Source: Candidatus Levyibacteriota bacterium
GTDB taxonomy: Bacteria > Patescibacteriota > Microgenomatia > Levybacterales > UBA12049
Length of the DNA: 64,000 nucleotides
Assembly: GCA_963790825.1 (NCBI GenBank)
Contig: CAWBPM010000004.1
Location: forward strand, 30,987 to 94,986
Direction: 5' to 3'
The notes beneath the pieces were generated by a model that saw nothing but the letters and a program-made list of their open reading frames with translations, was not told where the DNA came from and made no database searches. Every line of letters begins with the position of its first letter. Position 1 is the first letter of the stretch. Of the stretch, positions 60,980 through 64,000 are shown piece after piece. The position numbers were made by a program, and so were the translations under genes.

Positions 60980-62791
60980 ATGCCTGAAACACATCTTAGT
61001 TTTGCGAAAATTGTAACTACACCAACTGAGAGTTCCTGGGCACAAGCGTATAATGCCGGGAATCTTTTTGCGGTTCTATCGCTTGCCGGCACCCCATCTA
61101 GCGGGAAAACACTTCATGAAATTGGTAAAGCGATTTTTAACAATCTTGAAGCAGAATTTTTTCCACTTGAGGAAAAAAATTTAGCCTCCATTAAAGTCAG
61201 TCTTACTACTGTTTGTCAAGAGATTCCCAAAGAACTAACCGTTTCATTTTGTGCTGTATTTGTTAAAGATACGATCCTCTATGTTTTCATTATTCACCTG
61301 GGAAAAGTTATCCTGCGGAGGGGAGGAGAATTAGGAGTAATTTTATCAGGAACAACAGCGGAGGAAGAAGAAAATAGAGTTTTTGCTGCTTCCGGTTTTC
61401 TGGAAGATGGAGACACAATATTTCTAGAAACAGAGCAGTTTTCCTCCGCAGTATCACTCGCCCACCTTTCGGAAACAAACGAAGCACATTTACCAAATGA
61501 AATTGCAGAAATCCTTACCCCCTTAGTGCATAAAACCGATGCTCCTTCCGCCTCTGCCATTATTCTCTCCTACAAAGGCATTAAGGCTAATTGGGAAGAG
61601 CAAACAGACGAGACGCTCTCCGAAGAGAAAACTTCCGCAATTTTCCCGCCGCTAATGTCTAAAGTAAAACCTACACTTTATCCCACAATCGAAACCCAAG
61701 AAGATGAGATAGTCGACCAGAATCCGCCTCGTAGGTTTGGCAAAATAACCTTATCTTCTTTTTCTCGCATTTTTTCTTTTCACCTCTTCTACAGACCAAA
61801 GATTAGCATTTCTCCTAGTCGGCTCATCTATGGTTCACTCTTTCTCGTTTTACTTATCATTCTTTTTATGGGTGTTTTTTGGGTAAAAAAACATGAGGAA
61901 GAGCAGAAAACACAGGCATTTTTTCAACAAGTTTATCCAGCAGCTCAGAAAAATTATGATGAAGGCATAGGTCTTCTAACTTTAAATAGAGGCCTGAGCC
62001 AGGATGATTTTCAAGCTGCGAAAAAAGCACTGAGCACAAATCGAGATAAATTTCCACTCGGATCGAAAGAACGCGAACAGGTTAATGCTCTTTTGCAAAA
62101 AGTTCAGGATCAACTGTCGTCCGGAAAAAATGAAACGTCGGTTAGCGAAGCAGTAAGCACGGACAGTCCGCTCTTAGCTCTTGAAGAAAAGCACCAAGGA
62201 GCTGTTGCCGTAGAATCAGATGGTACAAATGCCTATATTCTCTCCCAAAATAATATTACATCCATTCCGCTTAGTAGTGGAAACGGAACGGTTAGTATAA
62301 AAAATAATGATGATTGGCAAAAACCAGTTGGCCTAAGTACGTATGAAGGAAATCTATATCTTTTAGATCAAAAAGCAGGAGTTCTGAAATATGTTCCTGC
62401 CGATGGAGGATTTAGTAAAACGAATTATTTTAAGAGTTCCTCGCCTGACTTATCTCAAGCAACTTCCCTGTCTATTGACGGGTCGATCTACATTCTAACT
62501 TCGTCAAATATATTGCAATACACCAGCGGCACAGCTGATTCATTTACGGTTTCAGGTTTAGATAAGCCGTTTAATCACCCTACCCGCATTGTTACGACAA
62601 TTGATATGAAGAATCTTTATGTCTTGGACTCGGGAAATAGCCGCCTGGTAGTCTTGAATAAATCAGGCGCATTTCAGACGGAGTACACGGCTTCTGTTCT
62701 GAAAACCGCCCGGGATATTGATGTGTCAGAAAAAAATAAACAGGTAATTATTCTCTCAGGCGGTAAACTGTATAAAATGGCTCTGCAGTAA
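60980..62791 (+). CDS. large hypothetical bitopic protein: cytoplasmic domain, TM, coiled coil, C-terminal NHL-like beta-propeller repeats
   Basis: 603 aa; central TM LIYGSLFLVLLIILFMGVFWV; C-terminal repeats such as YVLDSGNSRLVVLNKSG. Confidence 0.5.
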   Translation: MPETHLSFAKIVTTPTESSWAQAYNAGNLFAVLSLAGTPSSGKTLHEIGKAIFNNLEAEFFPLEEKNLASIKVSLTTVCQEIPKELTVSFCAVFVKDTILYVFIIHLGKVILRRGGELGVILSGTTAEEEENRVFAASGFLEDGDTIFLETEQFSSAVSLAHLSETNEAHLPNEIAEILTPLVHKTDAPSASAIILSYKGIKANWEEQTDETLSEEKTSAIFPPLMSKVKPTLYPTIETQEDEIVDQNPPRRFGKITLSSFSRIFSFHLFYRPKISISPSRLIYGSLFLVLLIILFMGVFWVKKHEEEQKTQAFFQQVYPAAQKNYDEGIGLLTLNRGLSQDDFQAAKKALSTNRDKFPLGSKEREQVNALLQKVQDQLSSGKNETSVSEAVSTDSPLLALEEKHQGAVAVESDGTNAYILSQNNITSIPLSSGNGTVSIKNNDDWQKPVGLSTYEGNLYLLDQKAGVLKYVPADGGFSKTNYFKSSSPDLSQATSLSIDGSIYILTSSNILQYTSGTADSFTVSGLDKPFNHPTRIVTTIDMKNLYVLDSGNSRLVVLNKSGAFQTEYTASVLKTARDIDVSEKNKQVIILSGGKLYKMALQ

Positions 62792-62850
62792 ATACTTATT
62801 TCTATCTTCAATTATTTGCGATTTGTTCCTCTTTCCAGTATCATAAACAC

Positions 62851-63294
62851 ATGAAAATCGTTAATCGTAAGGCATACTATGACTTTGCCATTTTAGAAAC
62901 GTTTGAGGCCGGGATTACACTTTACGGCGCTGAAGTAAAGGCAGTCAGACAAAGACTGGTAGATTTGCATGGAAGTTTTGTCCGCATTATCGGCAGCGAA
63001 GCGTACTTGGTAAATGCAAAGATTTTTCCCTACGCTTACGCCAGACCGGAAAGCTTCGAGGAGAGACGCACAAGAAAATTGCTTTTACATAAGCGGGAAA
63101 TCATCTCACTCAAGGGAAAAGTTGAGGGTTCAAACTTGACAATTGTGCCTGTTTCGCTGTATACTACGCATGATTTAATTAAGCTTGAATTAGGCTTGGC
63201 CAAAGCAAAAAGTAAGTCAGACAAGCGGGCTGTGATTCGAAAAAGAGACATGGATCGAGACATTGAAGAGCAAGTAAGAAGTCACAACAAATAG
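62851..63294 (+). CDS. smpB: SsrA-binding protein
   Basis: 147 aa; KIVNRKAYYDFAILETFEAGI...LLLHKREI. Confidence 0.9.
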   Translation: MKIVNRKAYYDFAILETFEAGITLYGAEVKAVRQRLVDLHGSFVRIIGSEAYLVNAKIFPYAYARPESFEERRTRKLLLHKREIISLKGKVEGSNLTIVPVSLYTTHDLIKLELGLAKAKSKSDKRAVIRKRDMDRDIEEQVRSHNK

Positions 63295-63364
63295 AATCAA
63301 TATTCGCGTTTTCCTGAAAACCGTACGACGAAGCCCTCCTTCGCTAAAGCTACGGAGGGGAAAC

Positions 63365-63803
63365 GGGGATGAATTGATTCGACGAGTAAAGCACTTTGAA
63401 AACTGCAAGTCGACTTTCAATACCAGTCGTCCCGCGAAGCGGGATCCTGCTCCGCAGGATAAAACAGATTGAAAAAAAGAAATGCTAACCAACGCATTCA
63501 AGCTCTTAAGGATGAGGCTAGAGCAATCTATGCCGAACTTATGGGTGGTCCACAGTTTGCTGGCTTACAGTTAGCAGCCTAAGACCTGTTCATATCACGC
63601 TTCTCCGGTGAGATGATATGGGCATAAAATTAGCCGGAAAGGTAGCATTGAGGCACGGTTTTCCTCTTTGCGGTATTTAACAAACCTTGATCTGAAAAAT
63701 CCTGTCAATCGGATACGTTTTAGATGACCTAAGTAGATTGACTACGCTTGTAGAAGTTTTTATGTATTTTATCCGGACTCCGGCTCACTGCCGGACATCT
63801 CCA
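63365..63803 (+). ncRNA. ssrA: tmRNA (SsrA); predicted tag reading frame ends ...GLQLAA-stop; no encoded CCA
   Basis: 5' GGGGATGAATTGATTCGACG matches tmRNA start; 3' CATCTCC+A pairs with 5' GGGGATG (acceptor); internal ORF ...AELMGGPQFAGLQLAA TAA; immediately follows smpB. Confidence 0.75.
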
Positions 63804-63810
63804 CAAAGAC

Positions 63811-63836
63811 AAACCCGCTTTTTGCGGGTTTTTTGT
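63811..63836 (+). terminator. intrinsic terminator after ssrA
   Basis: AAACCCGC-TTTT-GCGGGTTT hairpin followed by TTTTGTT. Confidence 0.7.
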
Positions 63837-63883
63837 TAATTACATACAAGAGTTTTAAGTAAAGTTATCCTTATGGAGAATAA

Positions 63884-64000
63884 TTAACTGTCATATCATT
63901 GAGGACTGGAGTTTGCGAGGCGTCGGAAGTATCCAGATAGTATTTGTAGCGGAAACATTGATTCGGGTTCTGGTATCCGCCATAAGCGCCAAACGGTACA
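63884..64000 (-). CDS. 3' end of an unidentified minus-strand gene (continues beyond window)
   Basis: Open frame ending ...VLNDMTVNYSP-stop at 63884. Confidence 0.3.

Overview
This 64 kb window looks like a chromosomal segment from a low-GC, small-genome bacterium, most consistent with a Candidate Phyla Radiation (Patescibacteria)-type organism. The indications are: a 23S rRNA unlinked from any 16S rRNA and preceded by tRNA-Ala; no encoded CCA on any tRNA; many small membrane and hypothetical proteins; insertion-laden housekeeping enzymes; and several archaeal-flavoured genes (archaeal-type UMP kinase, ATP-dependent DNA ligase, endonuclease Q-like PHP protein). The window begins inside a minus-strand 23S rRNA gene (ends about position 2152), followed by tRNA-Ala(UGC) with the G3-U70 identity pair. 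A sigma70-like promoter and a roughly 280-nt structured leader ending in an intrinsic terminator sit upstream of metK; this is a plausible SAM-I-like riboswitch. The remainder is mostly housekeeping. Redox: trxB and trxA, a DsbA-like oxidoreductase, acylphosphatase, and an alkyltransferase-like protein with a PWWRV motif. Translation and repair: pth, recF, archaeal-type pyrH, fpg, a FabD-like acyltransferase, a GT4 glycosyltransferase, a 5'-3' exonuclease, ftsH, trpS, and a TrpR/YerC-like regulator. Cell wall and tRNA modification: tgt, murD, murI, two tandem class A PBPs, a CvpA-CAP fusion protein, rpe, rpiB, a pfkB-family kinase, a LytR_C protein, a SpoIID-like protein, and smpB followed by ssrA (tmRNA). 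Nucleotide metabolism: gmk, gap, and an nrdR-nrdJ-pduO operon with a palindromic operator over its promoter. Accessory-type content: an IS481/rve-family insertion sequence with imperfect inverted repeats sits next to a small island carrying an ATP-dependent DNA ligase and a Fic-domain protein. A tyrosine recombinase lies 65 nt from a tRNA-Ile with the rare UAU anticodon. The same stretch holds tRNA-Met(CAU), an initiator-like tRNA (C1-A72 mismatch), a membrane-anchored TraG/VirD4/FtsK-like P-loop ATPase, and two unknown proteins. Other unusual signals: degenerate AT-rich heptamer tandem arrays containing overlapping GAATTC sites sit in frame inside three unrelated genes, and an AATTCTAAAT/TAGAAT motif recurs upstream of several minus-strand genes. 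Near-identical ATCCCGC-NAAG-GCGGGAT hairpins recur in the rRNA/ITS region and in the tmRNA. A G8 homopolymer lies inside the fic gene. No CRISPR array or 16S rRNA was seen.
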